64,000 bases of DNA from Candidatus Latescibacterota bacterium. GTDB taxonomy: Bacteria > Latescibacterota > UBA2968 > UBA8231. Within the stretch, counting starts at the first letter, position 1. Each line of letters opens with the position of its first letter. The notes beneath the pieces were generated by a model. It was not told the DNA's origin. It was given only the letters and a program-made list of their open reading frames with translations, and ran no database searches. Positions 40,252 through 51,093 of the stretch are shown here, piece after piece. Made by a program: the position numbers and the translations under genes. The stretch is from positions 4,288,001-4,352,000 of the forward strand of contig OZ252098.1 in the NCBI GenBank assembly GCA_965248355.1. The letters are read 5' to 3'.

Positions 40252-40850
40252 CGGCCCGGCCCGGCCTCCGCCGCCGTCGCTTCCTCGATCCACTGCAGCA
40301 GGTCCCCTCGGCCCAGGCCGGTCTCGGAGGAGAAGGGCAGGTAGGGCAGGTCGGCGAGCTCTCCCTCCTCCTCGATGCGGGAGAGCTGCCGGTCCAACCG
40401 GCCCCGGGAGAGCTTGTCGGCCTTGGTGAGCACGAGCAGGAAGGGGCGCCCCCCGCTCTTCAGGGTGGCCACCATCTGCAGGTCGAGGGCCGTCGGACCG
40501 TGGCGGGCGTCGATGAGCAGGACCACGGCCTGCAGGGCCGCGCGGTTGGCCAGGTAAGTCTCCATGAGCCGGCCCAGGGTGCCCCGCAGCTCCGCCCCGC
40601 CGCGCACGTACCCGTACCCCGGCAGGTCGACGAGGTAGAGCCGGTCGTTGACGCGGTAGTAGTTGAGTTGCTGGGTGCGTCCGGGGGTGGAGCTGGTGAA
40701 GGCCAGCCGGCGGCGCTGCACCAGGCGGTTGATCAGGCAGGACTTGCCCACGTTGGAACGGCCGGCGAAGGCGACCTCGGGCAGGCCGTCGGTGGGCGAT
40801 CCCTCCTTGCCCACGGCTCCCACGACGAACTCCGCAGAGTGGATTCGCAT
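40248..40850 (-). CDS. engB: GTP-binding protein EngB/YihA
   Basis: GRSNVGKS, DLPGYG, TKADK. Confidence 0.95.
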   Translation of the reverse strand: MRIHSAEFVVGAVGKEGSPTDGLPEVAFAGRSNVGKSCLINRLVQRRRLAFTSSTPGRTQQLNYYRVNDRLYLVDLPGYGYVRGGAELRGTLGRLMETYLANRAALQAVVLLIDARHGPTALDLQMVATLKSGGRPFLLVLTKADKLSRGRLDRQLSRIEEEGELADLPYLPFSSETGLGRGDLLQWIEEATAAEAGPGR

Positions 40851-40869
40851 GACGCCCTCGGGAGGTCCT

Positions 40870-42117
40870 TCAGGCGGACTTGCGAAGGAGCTCGTCGCCG
40901 TCGTCGCCGGACGCGACCCCGCGGTCGATCATCTCGCCGGTGACAACCACCTCGGTCACTTCCTCGTGGGACGGAGTGTCGTAGAACACGTCCATCAGGG
41001 CCTGCTCCAGGACGGAGCGCAGCCCGCGGGCCCCGGTGCCCTTGCTGATGGTGAGCTCGACCACGCGCCGCAGGGCCTCGTCGGTGAACCGGAGGCTGAC
41101 GCCGTCCATCTCGAAGAGACGGCTCACCTGCCGGACGATGGCGTTCTTCGGCTCCGTGAGGATGCGGAACAGGTCGTCCTCGGAGAGCTCGTCGAGGGTT
41201 GTCACCACCGGCACGCGGCCGACGAACTCGGGGATCAATCCGTACTGGAGCATGTCCTCGGGCTGGACCTCGGAGAGGACCTGCCCGGGGTTCTCCGAGT
41301 CCTCGGACTCGGACTCCGTGCCGAACCCCATGGTGCGCCGGCCCACGCGGGACGAGATGACCTTGATCAGGCCCTCGAAGGCGCCGCCGCAGATGAACAG
41401 CACGTTCTGCGTGTTGACCTGGATCATCGGCTGTTCCGGATGCTTGCGCCCGCCCTTGGGCGGGATGTTGGCCACCGTGCCCTCGAGGATCTTCAGGAGG
41501 GCCTGCTGCACGCCCTCGCCCGAGACGTCCCGGCTCACCGCCGGCGCCGCGGACTTGCGGGCGATCTTGTCGATCTCGTCGAGGTAGACGATCCCCTTCT
41601 CGGCGCGGGCCACGTCGTAGTCGGCCGTCTGCAGCAGGCCCACGAGGATGTTCTCCACGTCCTCGCCCACGTAGCCGGCCTCGGTGAGGATGGTGGCGTC
41701 GGCCATGCAGAAGGGGACCTGCAGGACCTTGGCCAGGGTCTGGGCCAGCAGGGTCTTGCCCGTGCCCGTGGGCCCCACCAGGAGGATGTTGCTCTTCTCC
41801 AGCTCGACGCCGTCGAGGGCGACGTTGGAGCGGATGCGCTTGTAATGGTTGTACACGGCCACGGAGAGGATCTTCTTGGCCTCTTCCTGGCCGATGACGT
41901 ACTCGTCGAGGTGGGCCTTGATGTCCAGCGGCTTGGGGAGGGTGCCCGTCTCCCAGGGCAGGGTCTGGCTCTTGTCCTCGGCGAGCACGTCGTTGCAGAG
42001 CTTGACGCACTCGTTGCAGATGTGCACCGACGGTCCGGTGATGATCCGGTCGACCTGGCTGGCGCCGCGGGAGCAGAAGGAGCAGCGCGGCTCGGTCTTG
42101 GAGGGTCGGCGGCGCAT
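40870..42117 (-). CDS. clpX: ATP-dependent Clp protease ATP-binding subunit
   Basis: CSFC zinc finger, [18 protein letters not shown]. Confidence 0.97.
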   Translation of the reverse strand: MRRRPSKTEPRCSFCSRGASQVDRIITGPSVHICNECVKLCNDVLAEDKSQTLPWETGTLPKPLDIKAHLDEYVIGQEEAKKILSVAVYNHYKRIRSNVALDGVELEKSNILLVGPTGTGKTLLAQTLAKVLQVPFCMADATILTEAGYVGEDVENILVGLLQTADYDVARAEKGIVYLDEIDKIARKSAAPAVSRDVSGEGVQQALLKILEGTVANIPPKGGRKHPEQPMIQVNTQNVLFICGGAFEGLIKVISSRVGRRTMGFGTESESEDSENPGQVLSEVQPEDMLQYGLIPEFVGRVPVVTTLDELSEDDLFRILTEPKNAIVRQVSRLFEMDGVSLRFTDEALRRVVELTISKGTGARGLRSVLEQALMDVFYDTPSHEEVTEVVVTGEMIDRGVASGDDGDELLRKSA

Positions 42118-42127
42118 GGGAGGGAGC

Positions 42128-42745
42128 TCAGCCCGCCGCCTCCGCCGGCTCGGACAGGGCCAGCCTCGAGGGCGTGATGATCTCGTCGATGAGGCCGTAC
42201 TCGCGGGCGTCCTCGGCGCTCAGGAAGAAGTCGCGCTCCGTGTCGGTCCGGATGCGCTCGAGATCCTGTCCCGAGCGCTCGGCCAGGATCTGGTTGATCT
42301 GCTCGCGGATCTGGATGATCTCGCGGGCGTGGATCTCCATGTCCGCCGCCTGCCCGCCGATGCCTCCCATGGGCTGATGCAGCAGCACCCGGGCGTTGGG
42401 CAGGCACTGGCGCTTGCCCCGGGCGCCGCCGGCGAGCAGCACGGCGCCCATGCTCGAGGCCTGGCCGATGCAGATGGTGGCCACGTCGGGCTGGATGTAC
42501 TGCATGGTGTCGTAGATCGCCATGCCCGCCGTCACCGAGCCTCCCGGGGTGTTGATGTAGAGGGAGATGTCCTTCTTCGGATCCTCCGAAGCCAGGAACA
42601 GCATCTGGGCGATCACGAGATTGGCGATGCCGTCGCCCACCGGCGTGCCGATGAACACGATCCGTTCCTTGAGCAGCCGCGAGTAGATGTCGTAGGAGCG
42701 CTCGCCCCGTCCGGTCTGCTCGATGACCATCGGTATCAGCGACAT
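42128..42745 (-). CDS. clpP: Clp protease proteolytic subunit
   Basis: [19 protein letters not shown]. Confidence 0.97.
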   Translation of the reverse strand: MSLIPMVIEQTGRGERSYDIYSRLLKERIVFIGTPVGDGIANLVIAQMLFLASEDPKKDISLYINTPGGSVTAGMAIYDTMQYIQPDVATICIGQASSMGAVLLAGGARGKRQCLPNARVLLHQPMGGIGGQAADMEIHAREIIQIREQINQILAERSGQDLERIRTDTERDFFLSAEDAREYGLIDEIITPSRLALSEPAEAAG

Positions 42746-42747
42746 GT

Positions 42748-44040
42748 TCAGACGGCCCTTTCCTCGACGACGGCTCGCTCCTCGAGATACTCGAAGATCT
42801 TGTCCTCCTCCAGGTCGCGGCGCAGGTCGGCGGCCCGGGGCGACCGTTTCAGCTTCTCGATCTGGATGCCGAGCTGCCGGGCCCGCTCGGTCAGGTAGCT
42901 CTCGAACTCCTCGTCCGTGACCTCGACGGAGATCTTGCTGCGCAGGCCCTCCACGATCAGGTAGGTCTTCAGGCGCTTGACGGCCGCGTCGCGCTCCTCG
43001 GCCGTCGGCTGTTCGTGCTCATGCTCATGCTCGTGTTCGTGGTCATGGTCGTGGCCGCGCTCCTGTCGCTCCTGCTCGCGGCGCATCGACTCTTGGTAGT
43101 TGTCCACCAAGGACTCGGAGAGCTCCACCTGGTTGCTCCGGTGGAGACCCTCGATCACGTCGCTGCGCAGCTTTTGCTGGGCCAGGTAGCGCCAGCGCTC
43201 CTCGAGCTGGCCCCGGAGGTGGTCCCTGAGCTGGTGGAGGCTCTCGAAGCGGTCGCCTACCTCCCTGGCGAAATCGTCGTCGAGCTCGGGGAGGGTGCGC
43301 TCGCGGACCTCCCGGGCGGTGACGGCGAAGTGCGCCCGGGTGCCGGCGAGCTCCTCGTTGGGCAGATCCTCCCGGTACTGGAAGCGGACCCTGCGCTCGG
43401 CCCCCGGCTCGATGCCGATCAGGGCTTCCTCGAACTCGGGGCTCGGCGCGTTCTCGTCGCCGATGAGGAAGTAACGCTCCTCGTAGCGGTCGCCGATGAT
43501 CGGCACGCCGCCCTCGTCGAGGCGCTGCAGGTCGGCGATGAGCACGTCGCCCCGGGCCAGGCCGCGCTCGACGGAGCGCTCCGACGCGTGCTGCCGGCGC
43601 AGCTCCTGGAGTTGCTCTTCCACTTCTTCGTCGGAGACCTCGTGGGTGAGGCGCGTCACCCTCAGGCCCTCGTGGCCCTGGACGTCGACCTCGGGCCAGA
43701 TGTCGATGCTGGCCGTGAAGCTCAGCCCGCCGGCCTCGCTCTCGTCCAGCCGCGTGATGCGCGGCGTGCCCGCCGGCCTCAGGCCCGTCTGCTGCGCCGC
43801 CTCCCGCATGAGTTCCGGGAGCAGGTCCTCGATGACGCCGCTGCGGATCGACGGGCCGTAGCGCTGCTGGATGAGCCTGAGGGGCACCTTCCCCTTGCGG
43901 AAACCGGGGATCTCCAGGCGCTTCTGGTAGCCGCGGAGAGCCGTCTGCATCTCCCGGTCGATGCGCTCCGGCGGCACCTCGACCTGGAGGTCGCGCTCCC
44001 AACGGCCGGTCTCGACAACGTTCGTTTCCACGTTCGTCAT
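42748..44040 (-). CDS. tig: Trigger factor
   Basis: GFRKGKVP ribosome-binding motif; tig-clpP-clpX synteny. Confidence 0.93.
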   Translation of the reverse strand: MTNVETNVVETGRWERDLQVEVPPERIDREMQTALRGYQKRLEIPGFRKGKVPLRLIQQRYGPSIRSGVIEDLLPELMREAAQQTGLRPAGTPRITRLDESEAGGLSFTASIDIWPEVDVQGHEGLRVTRLTHEVSDEEVEEQLQELRRQHASERSVERGLARGDVLIADLQRLDEGGVPIIGDRYEERYFLIGDENAPSPEFEEALIGIEPGAERRVRFQYREDLPNEELAGTRAHFAVTAREVRERTLPELDDDFAREVGDRFESLHQLRDHLRGQLEERWRYLAQQKLRSDVIEGLHRSNQVELSESLVDNYQESMRREQERQERGHDHDHEHEHEHEHEQPTAEERDAAVKRLKTYLIVEGLRSKISVEVTDEEFESYLTERARQLGIQIEKLKRSPRAADLRRDLEEDKIFEYLEERAVVEERAV

Positions 44041-44045
44041 GTCCG

Positions 44046-44129
44046 TGCGAAAGGGGGGACTCGAACCCCCAAGCCCCGAAGGGCACCAGATCCTAAATCT
44101 GGCGCGTATGCCAATTCCGCCACTTTCGC
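44046..44129 (-). tRNA. tRNA-Leu(TAG), CCA not encoded
   Basis: GCGAAAG acceptor stem, CCAGA-TT-TAG-GA-TCTGG anticodon arm, long variable arm, GGTTCGAGTCC T-arm. Confidence 0.95.
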
Positions 44130-44227
44130 AGAATTCACGCGCTGCCAACAAAGGAAGCACCGGGTCGCGCGGGCTCCCGGTGCTTCACTCTACAGCCGGG
44201 CGAATATACCCGCTGCCCCGGTCGGGA

Positions 44228-45613
44228 TCAAGATTCCGGGTGCTTCCACAGGTCCATGCGGCGGCCGATCTCAGCGAGCAGGTCGACGCTGCGGACGCGG
44301 TCCTGGTTCATGGAGTCGCGCTCCCGGAGAGTGACCGTGTCGTCCCGGAGGGTGTCGGAGTCGACGGTGACGCAGAACGGCGTGCCCACCTCGTCCATGC
44401 GCCGGTAGCGGCGGCCGATGGCGCCCCCCTCGTCGTAGCACACGCGCAGGTGGGGGCGCAGCTCCGCCTCGATGCGGCGGGCGATGTCGGGCATGCCGTC
44501 GCGCTTGACCAACGGCAGGATGGCCGCCTTCAGGGGCGCGATGCGGGGATGGAACCGCATCACCGTGCGCCGGTCGCCCTTCACCTCCTCCTCGGCGTAG
44601 GCGTTGGCCAGCACCATCATCGTCTGCCGGCTGGCCCCGGCCGAGGTCTCGATGACGGCGGGCAGGACCTTCTCGCGCGACTGGTCGTCGAAGTACTTCA
44701 GTTGCTTGCCCGAGTACTGCTCGTGGCGGCCCAGGTCGTACTGCCCCCGGTGGTGGATGCCCTCCATCTCGTCCCAGCCGAAGGGGAACTCGAACTGGAT
44801 GTCGAAGGCGGCGCGGGCGTAGTGGGCCAGCTCTCCCTGCCCGTGCTCGCGCCAGCGGAGCCGGCTCTCGGGAATGCCCAGGCTCCCGGTGATCCACGTC
44901 CAGCGCTGCTCCTTCCAGTAGTCGAGCCAGGACCCCTCCTCGCCCGGGGACAGGAAGTACTGCATCTCCATCTGCTCGAACTCGCGCGTGCGGAACAGGA
45001 AGTTCCGGGTGTTGATCTCGTTGCGGAAGGCCTTGCCGATCTGGGCGATGCCGAAGGGCAGCTTCTGGCGCATCGCCTGCTGCACGTTGAGGAAGTTGAC
45101 GAAGATCCCCTGGGCCGTTTCCGGCCGCAGGTAGACGACGCTCGCCGAGTCCTCCACCGGACCGACGTGGGTCTTGAACATCAGGTTGAAGTGGCGGGCC
45201 TCGCCCAGCTCGTTGCCCTTGGGGCTCCTCAGGCCTACCTCGGCCATCTTCGCCGTCATCTCCTCCAGGCCCAGGCCGGCGCAGTCCACGCCGGCCTCTT
45301 CCAGAAGATGGTCGAGGCGGAATCTCTCGTTCGTCTTGCGATCCTCCACCATGGGGTCGGTGAACCCCTCCACGTGGCCCGAGGCCTCCCAGGTGCGCGG
45401 GTGCATCAGGATCGACGCGTCGAGGCCCTCCACGTCGTCGCGGTAGGTCATGGCCCGCCACCAGGCCTCCTTGACGTTGCGCAGCAGCTCGACGCCGAGG
45501 GGTCCGTAGTCCCAGCAGCCGTTGAGGCCGCCGTAGATCTCGGAACTCTGGAAGATGAAACCCTTGCGCTTGCACAGGGAGACGAGCTTCTCCATCACAT
45601 CGCCTTCAGACAT
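44228..45613 (-). CDS. glyQS: Glycine--tRNA ligase (homodimeric class II type)
   Basis: SSEIYGG, LRPETAQG, FRNEI..FRTREFEQME. Confidence 0.95.
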   Translation of the reverse strand: MSEGDVMEKLVSLCKRKGFIFQSSEIYGGLNGCWDYGPLGVELLRNVKEAWWRAMTYRDDVEGLDASILMHPRTWEASGHVEGFTDPMVEDRKTNERFRLDHLLEEAGVDCAGLGLEEMTAKMAEVGLRSPKGNELGEARHFNLMFKTHVGPVEDSASVVYLRPETAQGIFVNFLNVQQAMRQKLPFGIAQIGKAFRNEINTRNFLFRTREFEQMEMQYFLSPGEEGSWLDYWKEQRWTWITGSLGIPESRLRWREHGQGELAHYARAAFDIQFEFPFGWDEMEGIHHRGQYDLGRHEQYSGKQLKYFDDQSREKVLPAVIETSAGASRQTMMVLANAYAEEEVKGDRRTVMRFHPRIAPLKAAILPLVKRDGMPDIARRIEAELRPHLRVCYDEGGAIGRRYRRMDEVGTPFCVTVDSDTLRDDTVTLRERDSMNQDRVRSVDLLAEIGRRMDLWKHPES

Positions 45614-46401
45614 CGACCTTGTCCTTCCAGTGTGTCCAGGAATTCCAGGGACCGCAGCCGGCCCGTCGTTCCCGCGTGGTACTCCAGGAAGCTGCGCAGC
45701 AGGCCGCGGATCTCGGCCCTGAGGGCCGGGGGCGCCGGCGGGATCGCCTCGCGCGAGTACGCCCGCAGCCCCTGCAGGGCCGCCAGCAGCCGCAGGCTGT
45801 CGGCGGCGACGCGGCGGGCGCCTCCCATGTCGTCGTCGGACCGGCCGCAATCCCGGCACAGGCCGCCGCCGAGACCGGGACTGAAGCAAGCCGCCGCGCC
45901 TTTCGGCACCGAGCCGCAGAGGACGCAGGTCTCCAGCTCCGGACGGTACCCCAGGGCGTCGGCGACGCGCAGCTGGTAGTACCAGAACAACGTCTCCAGC
46001 TGCGCCGGGTCCACCTCCTCGAGACCGCCGAGGACGCCCGTGAGACAGCGGAACAGGCGCCGGCTCGCCTCGTGCTCGATCGTCAGCCGGTCGACGATCT
46101 CGCAGGCGGCAGCCGCGTAGGAGAGCCGCCGCAGGTCGGCCACCAGGGCCGGACGGGGCCGGACCAGCTCGGCCTCGGCGAGGGTGTGCAGGTCCCGGTC
46201 GTCGCGCAGTGAGCAGGCGATGTGCACCGACCATCCGATCTCGAGGCAGCCGGCGAACCGGCTCCTGGGCCGGCGGGCGCCGTTGGCCATCACCCTCAGC
46301 TTGCCGTGGTCCTCGGTGAACAGGGTGACGAGCTTGCCCGTCTCCCCTTGCCGCCGGGTACGCAGGACCACCGCGTCGGTCCTGGCCTGGATGCGTGCCA
46401 C
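45595..46401 (-). CDS. recO: DNA repair protein RecO
   Basis: AVVLR...GKLRVMANGAR; Zn motif CVLC..CRDC. Confidence 0.9.
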   Translation of the reverse strand: MARIQARTDAVVLRTRRQGETGKLVTLFTEDHGKLRVMANGARRPRSRFAGCLEIGWSVHIACSLRDDRDLHTLAEAELVRPRPALVADLRRLSYAAAACEIVDRLTIEHEASRRLFRCLTGVLGGLEEVDPAQLETLFWYYQLRVADALGYRPELETCVLCGSVPKGAAACFSPGLGGGLCRDCGRSDDDMGGARRVAADSLRLLAALQGLRAYSREAIPPAPPALRAEIRGLLRSFLEYHAGTTGRLRSLEFLDTLEGQGRCLKAM

Positions 46402-46410
46402 GGGCGCCGC

Positions 46411-46773
46411 TTACTCGCCGCCGGACCCGTCCGCCGTCGTGCGGATGCGGTAGACCCGTTCTCCGGGCCGGGCCATGCCGTACTGCTCCCGGGCGAGCTT
46501 CTCGAGGTAGGCGGGATCGTTCTGCAGTCGGTGCAGCACCTGCCGCATGCTGTCGTTCCGCGCCTCGAGACGGGCCACCTCCGCCTCCAGCTCGGCCAGG
46601 CGCGCGCCGCTCTCCTGCAGGTCGAGCCAGCCGCCGTCGGCGGCGTACAACAGGTAGCCCCAGGCAGCGGCTGCGACGAGGGCGGCCACCAACTTCCAGG
46701 GCCGCAGCCCCGGGGACGCGGCGGCCAGGGGTTCGGCCGGAGGCGGCTCAAGGGTTGGTCTCTTGGCCATCAT
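46411..46773 (-). CDS. ftsB: Septum formation initiator FtsB/DivIC
   Basis: TM helix plus coiled coil, LEKLAREQYGMARPGE. Confidence 0.88.
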   Translation of the reverse strand: MMAKRPTLEPPPAEPLAAASPGLRPWKLVAALVAAAAWGYLLYAADGGWLDLQESGARLAELEAEVARLEARNDSMRQVLHRLQNDPAYLEKLAREQYGMARPGERVYRIRTTADGSGGE

Positions 46774-47912
46774 GCCAGCACCAGGTCGTCGCGGTGAATC
46801 ACCTCGAGAGCCGGCTGGCCCAGGATGCTGGCCACTTCCGGGGAGCTGCGTCCGAGGATGCGGTCCACCTCGCCGGCGGCGTAGCGGGTCATGCCCCGGG
46901 CCACCTCGCGGCCCTGGTCGTCCTCCACGCGCACCACGTCGCCGGCGCGAAAGACCCCGGCGCAGGCGGTCACTCCGGCCGGCAGCAGGCTGCCGCCGCG
47001 CAGCTTCAGGGCGGCTACGGCGCCGGCGTCGACGGTGACGCTGCCGCGCGGCGGCGACGCGAAGCCGATCCAGCGCTTGCGGCTGCCCATGCGCCGCCCG
47101 GCGGGCACGAAGAGGGTGCCGATCTCGCCGCCGTCGAGGATCTCCACCAGGCGGTGCTTGCGGGCATGGGCGATGACCGTCATCTCCCCGCACGCCATCA
47201 GCAGCTGCGCCGCCCTCACCTTGGTCGCCATGCCGCCCCGCCCCAGTCGGTTGACGGCGCGGTTCACCGAGCGGCTGATGTCGTCGCCTCGTGCGACCTC
47301 CGGAAGCAGCTCCTCCCCCCGGCCGTTGACATAGCGGCGGTACAGCCCCTCCACGTCGGAGAGGATGACGAGCAGCTCGGCGTGGATCAGGTTGGCCACG
47401 TACGCGGCGAGCATGTCGTTGTCGCCCAGGGAGCGCTTCAACTCGGCCACGCCCACCGAGTCGTTCTCGTTGATCAGCGGCACCGCGCCCAGCGCGAACA
47501 ACTGCCGGAAGGTATTGCGCAGGTTCAGGTAGCGTTGCCGGTCTTCGAGGATGTCCCCCGCCGTGAGCAGCACCTGGCCCACGGGTACGTTGCGGCGGGC
47601 GAAGAGGCTCTCGTAGGTGGTGACCAGCAGGTTCTGGCCGACGGCGGCCACCGCCTGCAGGTCGGCGATCGCCCGGGGGCGTTCTCTCAGCCCCAGGCGG
47701 CCCATGCCGGCGGCCACCGCGCCCGAGGAGACGACGGCCACCTCCACGCCGCGCTCTCTCAGAGCGCAGACCTCGCCAACCAGCCGGCGCACGGTGGGCC
47801 GGTGCAGCTGGTTGGCCTCTCCGGCGACGCTCGTGGAGCCGATCTTGACGACCACTCGGCGCACGCGGGACATGCGCTGGGCCCGCGGCCCGGCTTCGCG
47901 GGTATGGCTCAC
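46770..47912 (-). CDS. proB: Glutamate 5-kinase (PUA domain)
   Basis: [30 protein letters not shown]. Confidence 0.95.
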   Translation of the reverse strand: MSHTREAGPRAQRMSRVRRVVVKIGSTSVAGEANQLHRPTVRRLVGEVCALRERGVEVAVVSSGAVAAGMGRLGLRERPRAIADLQAVAAVGQNLLVTTYESLFARRNVPVGQVLLTAGDILEDRQRYLNLRNTFRQLFALGAVPLINENDSVGVAELKRSLGDNDMLAAYVANLIHAELLVILSDVEGLYRRYVNGRGEELLPEVARGDDISRSVNRAVNRLGRGGMATKVRAAQLLMACGEMTVIAHARKHRLVEILDGGEIGTLFVPAGRRMGSRKRWIGFASPPRGSVTVDAGAVAALKLRGGSLLPAGVTACAGVFRAGDVVRVEDDQGREVARGMTRYAAGEVDRILGRSSPEVASILGQPALEVIHRDDLVLA

Positions 47913-48691
47913 GTGGCGTAGTGCCGCACGGTGACCCCGCGCTCGGCGAGGTACTCCTTCACCTGCGGAATGGTGTAGACCTCGAAGTGGAAGATCGACG
48001 CCGCGAGGGCGGCGCTCGCCTTCCCCCTGGTGAGGACTTCGTGGATGTGCTCCAGCGTGCCGGCGCCGCCGGAGGCGACGATGGGGACGCCCACGCGCTC
48101 AGCCACCGCCTGGTTGAGGGCCAGGTCGTACCCGTCTCGAGTGCCGTCGGCGTCGATGCTGTTGAGGACCAGCTCCCCGGCGCCTCGATCGACAAGCTCC
48201 GTCACCCACTCCAGCGCGTCGATCCCCGTCGCCGTACGGCCGCCGTCGACGTAGATCTCCCACTTCGGCTCGTCCCCGTCGGCCGCGGGGCGCCGCAGGG
48301 CGTCGATGGCGCCGACGATGCACTGGCTGCCGAAGCTCTCGGCCGATCGGTTGACGATCTCCGGATCCCTCACGGCGGCGGAGTTGATGGAGACCTTGTC
48401 GGCGCTGCCCTTGAGGATGGCGCGCACGTCTTCGAAGGTGCGGATGCCGCCGCCCACGGTGAGGGGGATGAAGACCTGCTCCGACACCTGACGAACCAGG
48501 TCCATGACGATCGCCCTGCCGTCGGCCGAGGCGGTGATGTCGTAGAAGACGAGCTCGTCGGCGCCCTCGCGGTCGTACCGGGAGGCCAGCTCCACCGGGT
48601 CACCGGCGTCCCGGTCGGCGGAGAACCGGACGCCGCGCACGTTGCGTCCGCCCTTTACGTCGAGGCAGGGGATGATGCGCTTGGCCAGCAC
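47909..48691 (-). CDS. hisF: Imidazole glycerol phosphate synthase cyclase subunit
   Basis: [23 protein letters not shown]. Confidence 0.97.
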   Translation of the reverse strand: MLAKRIIPCLDVKGGRNVRGVRFSADRDAGDPVELASRYDREGADELVFYDITASADGRAIVMDLVRQVSEQVFIPLTVGGGIRTFEDVRAILKGSADKVSINSAAVRDPEIVNRSAESFGSQCIVGAIDALRRPAADGDEPKWEIYVDGGRTATGIDALEWVTELVDRGAGELVLNSIDADGTRDGYDLALNQAVAERVGVPIVASGGAGTLEHIHEVLTRGKASAALAASIFHFEVYTIPQVKEYLAERGVTVRHYAT

Positions 48692-48709
48692 GACGGCGAC
48701 CCAGGCGAT

Positions 48710-49309
48710 CTAATGGAATGAAGCGAAGTTGGCCAGCAGGCGCAGTCCGACCCTCTGGCTCTTCTCCGGGTGGAACTGCACGCCGAAGAGGTTCTCGCGG
48801 GCGGCGATCGAGGTGTAGTCCAGGCCGTAATGCGTGGTCGCCACCGATTCGCTCTCCTCGGCCTCCACGTAGTAGGAGTGCACGAAGTAGAAGAAGCTGC
48901 CCTCCTCGACGCCGTCGAGAAGCGGGCATTCCCGCTGGATGGAGATCTGGTTCCAACCGATCTGGGGCACGCGCTCCGAGGCGGGAAACCGGCGGCAGCG
49001 GCCGGCGAAGAGCTTCAGTCCCGCGTGGTGACCCATCTCCTCGCTGGCGGCGAACATCAACTGCAGGCCGACGCAGATACCGAGGAAGGGCTTGCCCGCC
49101 CGCAGATGATCGGCCACCGCCTCGTCCCACCCCGCGGCCCTCAGGTTGCGCATGGCGTCGCCGAAGGCGGCGTCACCCGGAAGCACGAGATGTGTGGCAT
49201 CCCGGGCGAGTACGGGATCCTCGACAATCGCCGCTTCGTGACCGAGGAACTGGAACGCCTTCTCCACGCTGCGCAGGTTGCCCATGCCGTAGTCGGCGAT
49301 GGCGATCAT
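48710..49309 (-). CDS. hisH: Imidazole glycerol phosphate synthase glutaminase subunit
   Basis: DYGMGNL, GICVG, FVHSY, QFHPEKS. Confidence 0.97.
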   Translation of the reverse strand: MIAIADYGMGNLRSVEKAFQFLGHEAAIVEDPVLARDATHLVLPGDAAFGDAMRNLRAAGWDEAVADHLRAGKPFLGICVGLQLMFAASEEMGHHAGLKLFAGRCRRFPASERVPQIGWNQISIQRECPLLDGVEEGSFFYFVHSYYVEAEESESVATTHYGLDYTSIAARENLFGVQFHPEKSQRVGLRLLANFASFH

Positions 49310-49312
49310 GGC

Positions 49313-50125
49313 TCAGGCGCCGAGTTCCCCGGACCGTCGAGTGGCCGCGGCGACGGCGGCTTCCAGGGCCTGGCGCAACCCGCCTTCCTCCAGCGCCGCC
49401 AGTCCCGCGAGAGTGGTGCCGCCCGGCGAGGTCACTTGGTCCCGAAGCGCCGCAGGGGATTCTCCCCCTTCGAGGACCATGCGCGCCGCCCCGGCCACGG
49501 TCTGCGCCGCCAGGGCCATGGCCACCTCCTCGGAAAGACCGGCCTTCACGCCTCCGTCGGCGAGGGCTTCGATCACGGTGTAGACATAGGCAGGGCCGCT
49601 GCCCGACAGTCCGGTGACGGCGTCCATCTGTGACTCCAGGACCTCGACCGTGGTCCCCAGACGCTCGAAGAGGGCGCGCGCCCCGGCGATCGCCGATGGG
49701 TCCGCGTGACTTCCCGCGCAAAGGGCGGTGGCGCCGGCGCAGAGCCGGACCAGGGTCTGAGGCATGACGCGCACCACGGCCTGGGAAGGGGGAAGGAGAT
49801 CCTCGATGGCGGATGTGGTCACGCCGGCCATGACCGAGATCACGAGCTGCTTCGGGGAGAGGTGGACGGCGAGGGACCGCAGGACGTCCTGGGCGACTTG
49901 TGGCTTTACGGCGACGACGACGATGTCGCTTGTGGAGACCGCGGCGATGCCGGTAGAGGTGGATAGACCGCGATGAGCGAGCGGTGCGAGCAGATCGTCG
50001 CGGAGGTCGACCGCCGTCAGTCGATCTGCGGCCACACCTGAGTCCAGCAGACCGGAAATGAGGCAGCCGCCGACATTGCCGGCGCCGATCACTGCAATGG
50101 AGGGTTCTGACGAGCTCGGCGTCAC
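49313..50125 (-). CDS. proC: Pyrroline-5-carboxylate reductase
   Basis: IGAGNVG, AVKPQ, SGSGPAY, VTSPGGTT. Confidence 0.95.
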   Translation of the reverse strand: MTPSSSEPSIAVIGAGNVGGCLISGLLDSGVAADRLTAVDLRDDLLAPLAHRGLSTSTGIAAVSTSDIVVVAVKPQVAQDVLRSLAVHLSPKQLVISVMAGVTTSAIEDLLPPSQAVVRVMPQTLVRLCAGATALCAGSHADPSAIAGARALFERLGTTVEVLESQMDAVTGLSGSGPAYVYTVIEALADGGVKAGLSEEVAMALAAQTVAGAARMVLEGGESPAALRDQVTSPGGTTLAGLAALEEGGLRQALEAAVAAATRRSGELGA

Positions 50126-50148
50126 GGGGATTCCCTCTCCGAGTGAAG

Positions 50149-50177
50149 ATGATAGCGGACCTGGGAAAAAGTGTCAA
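50149..50177 (-). promoter_or_regulatory. Sigma70-type promoter for the proC-hisHF-proB operon
   Basis: TTGACA-17 nt-TATCAT on the minus strand. Confidence 0.75.
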
Positions 50178-50252
50178 TCTGGCCTGCCGTTGCGCAACAA
50201 CCACCGCGTACGCGATACCCTTGTTTCCCTCTGTAGGGAGAGTGTATTCTTC

Positions 50253-50282
50253 TTGACGGAATCGAAACACCTTGTCTATCTT
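50253..50282 (+). promoter_or_regulatory. Sigma70-type promoter for the H1-like/SWIB gene
   Basis: TTGACG-18 nt-TATCTT. Confidence 0.6.
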
Positions 50283-50444
50283 TGCACGAATTGTATTCGT
50301 GTGGGTCCTTTGGGAACAAGGGGAACGAGGTAGCGCGGCCCATGGAGTGATCCGCCGCGACCCCTCAGGGTTGGCGACACTCTTTCAGAAACAACGACGA
50401 GCGAGGCGGCCGTCCCGCTCATCGCGCCCATAAGGAGAAAGCAG

Positions 50445-50954
50445 ATGGCGAAGCGCAAGGCCACAAAGAAGAAGGCGACCAAACGCAAGGCCGCACCGAA
50501 GAAGGCGGCCAAGAAGAAGGCGGCCAAGAAGAAGGCGGCCAGGAAGGTCGCCAAGAAGAAGGTCGCGAAGAAGAAGGTCGCCAAGAAGGCGGTGGCGAAG
50601 AGGGCGGTGACGAAGAAGGCCGCGAAGAAGAAGGCCTCCAAGAAGAAGGCTGCAAAAAAGAAAGCTGCAAAAAAGAAAGCTGCAAAAAAAAAAGGCGCTA
50701 AGAGGAAACCGAATCCCGCGTTCATGAGACCGCTGACTCCCGATGCAGCTCTGGGTGCCGTGGTGGGCACCAAGGCGCTGCCCCGGACGGAGGTCGTGAA
50801 GAAGCTCTGGTCCTACATCAAGAGGAACAACCTCCAGGACACCGAGAACAAGCGGATGATCAATGCCGACGACAAGCTTCGCGATCTCTTCGGCGGCAAG
50901 GATCAGGTCAGCATGTTCGAGATGACCAAGCTCGTCAGCCAGCATCTCGGCTGA
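50445..50954 (+). CDS. Histone H1-like Lys/Ala repeat protein fused to a SWIB/MDM2 domain
   Basis: ~85 aa of KKAAK-type pentapeptides, then PRTEVVKKLWSYIKRNNLQD..NKRMINAD..VSMFEM; AAGGAG SD. Confidence 0.92.
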   Translation: MAKRKATKKKATKRKAAPKKAAKKKAAKKKAARKVAKKKVAKKKVAKKAVAKRAVTKKAAKKKASKKKAAKKKAAKKKAAKKKGAKRKPNPAFMRPLTPDAALGAVVGTKALPRTEVVKKLWSYIKRNNLQDTENKRMINADDKLRDLFGGKDQVSMFEMTKLVSQHLG

Positions 50955-50990
50955 CCGTCGGTCACCGAAACCAGACAACCCTCCGATGGA

Positions 50991-51030
50991 GAAGAGGAGC
51001 TCCCGACCCCGGGGGCTCCTCTTCTTGTTT
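50991..51030 (+). terminator. Rho-independent terminator after the SWIB gene
   Basis: GAAGAGGAGCTCC...GGGGCTCCTCTTC hairpin followed by TTGTTT. Confidence 0.75.
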
Positions 51031-51093
51031 CCATCGCGATCGATCGGCAGTCCCATGGGGGCATCCGCTTCCCTTCCCCCGTATATTCATCCC

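Noticed and set aside
44046..44129. tRNA as an island integration site
   Set aside because: Flanked by core genes; no duplicated tRNA 3' end or integrase in the window
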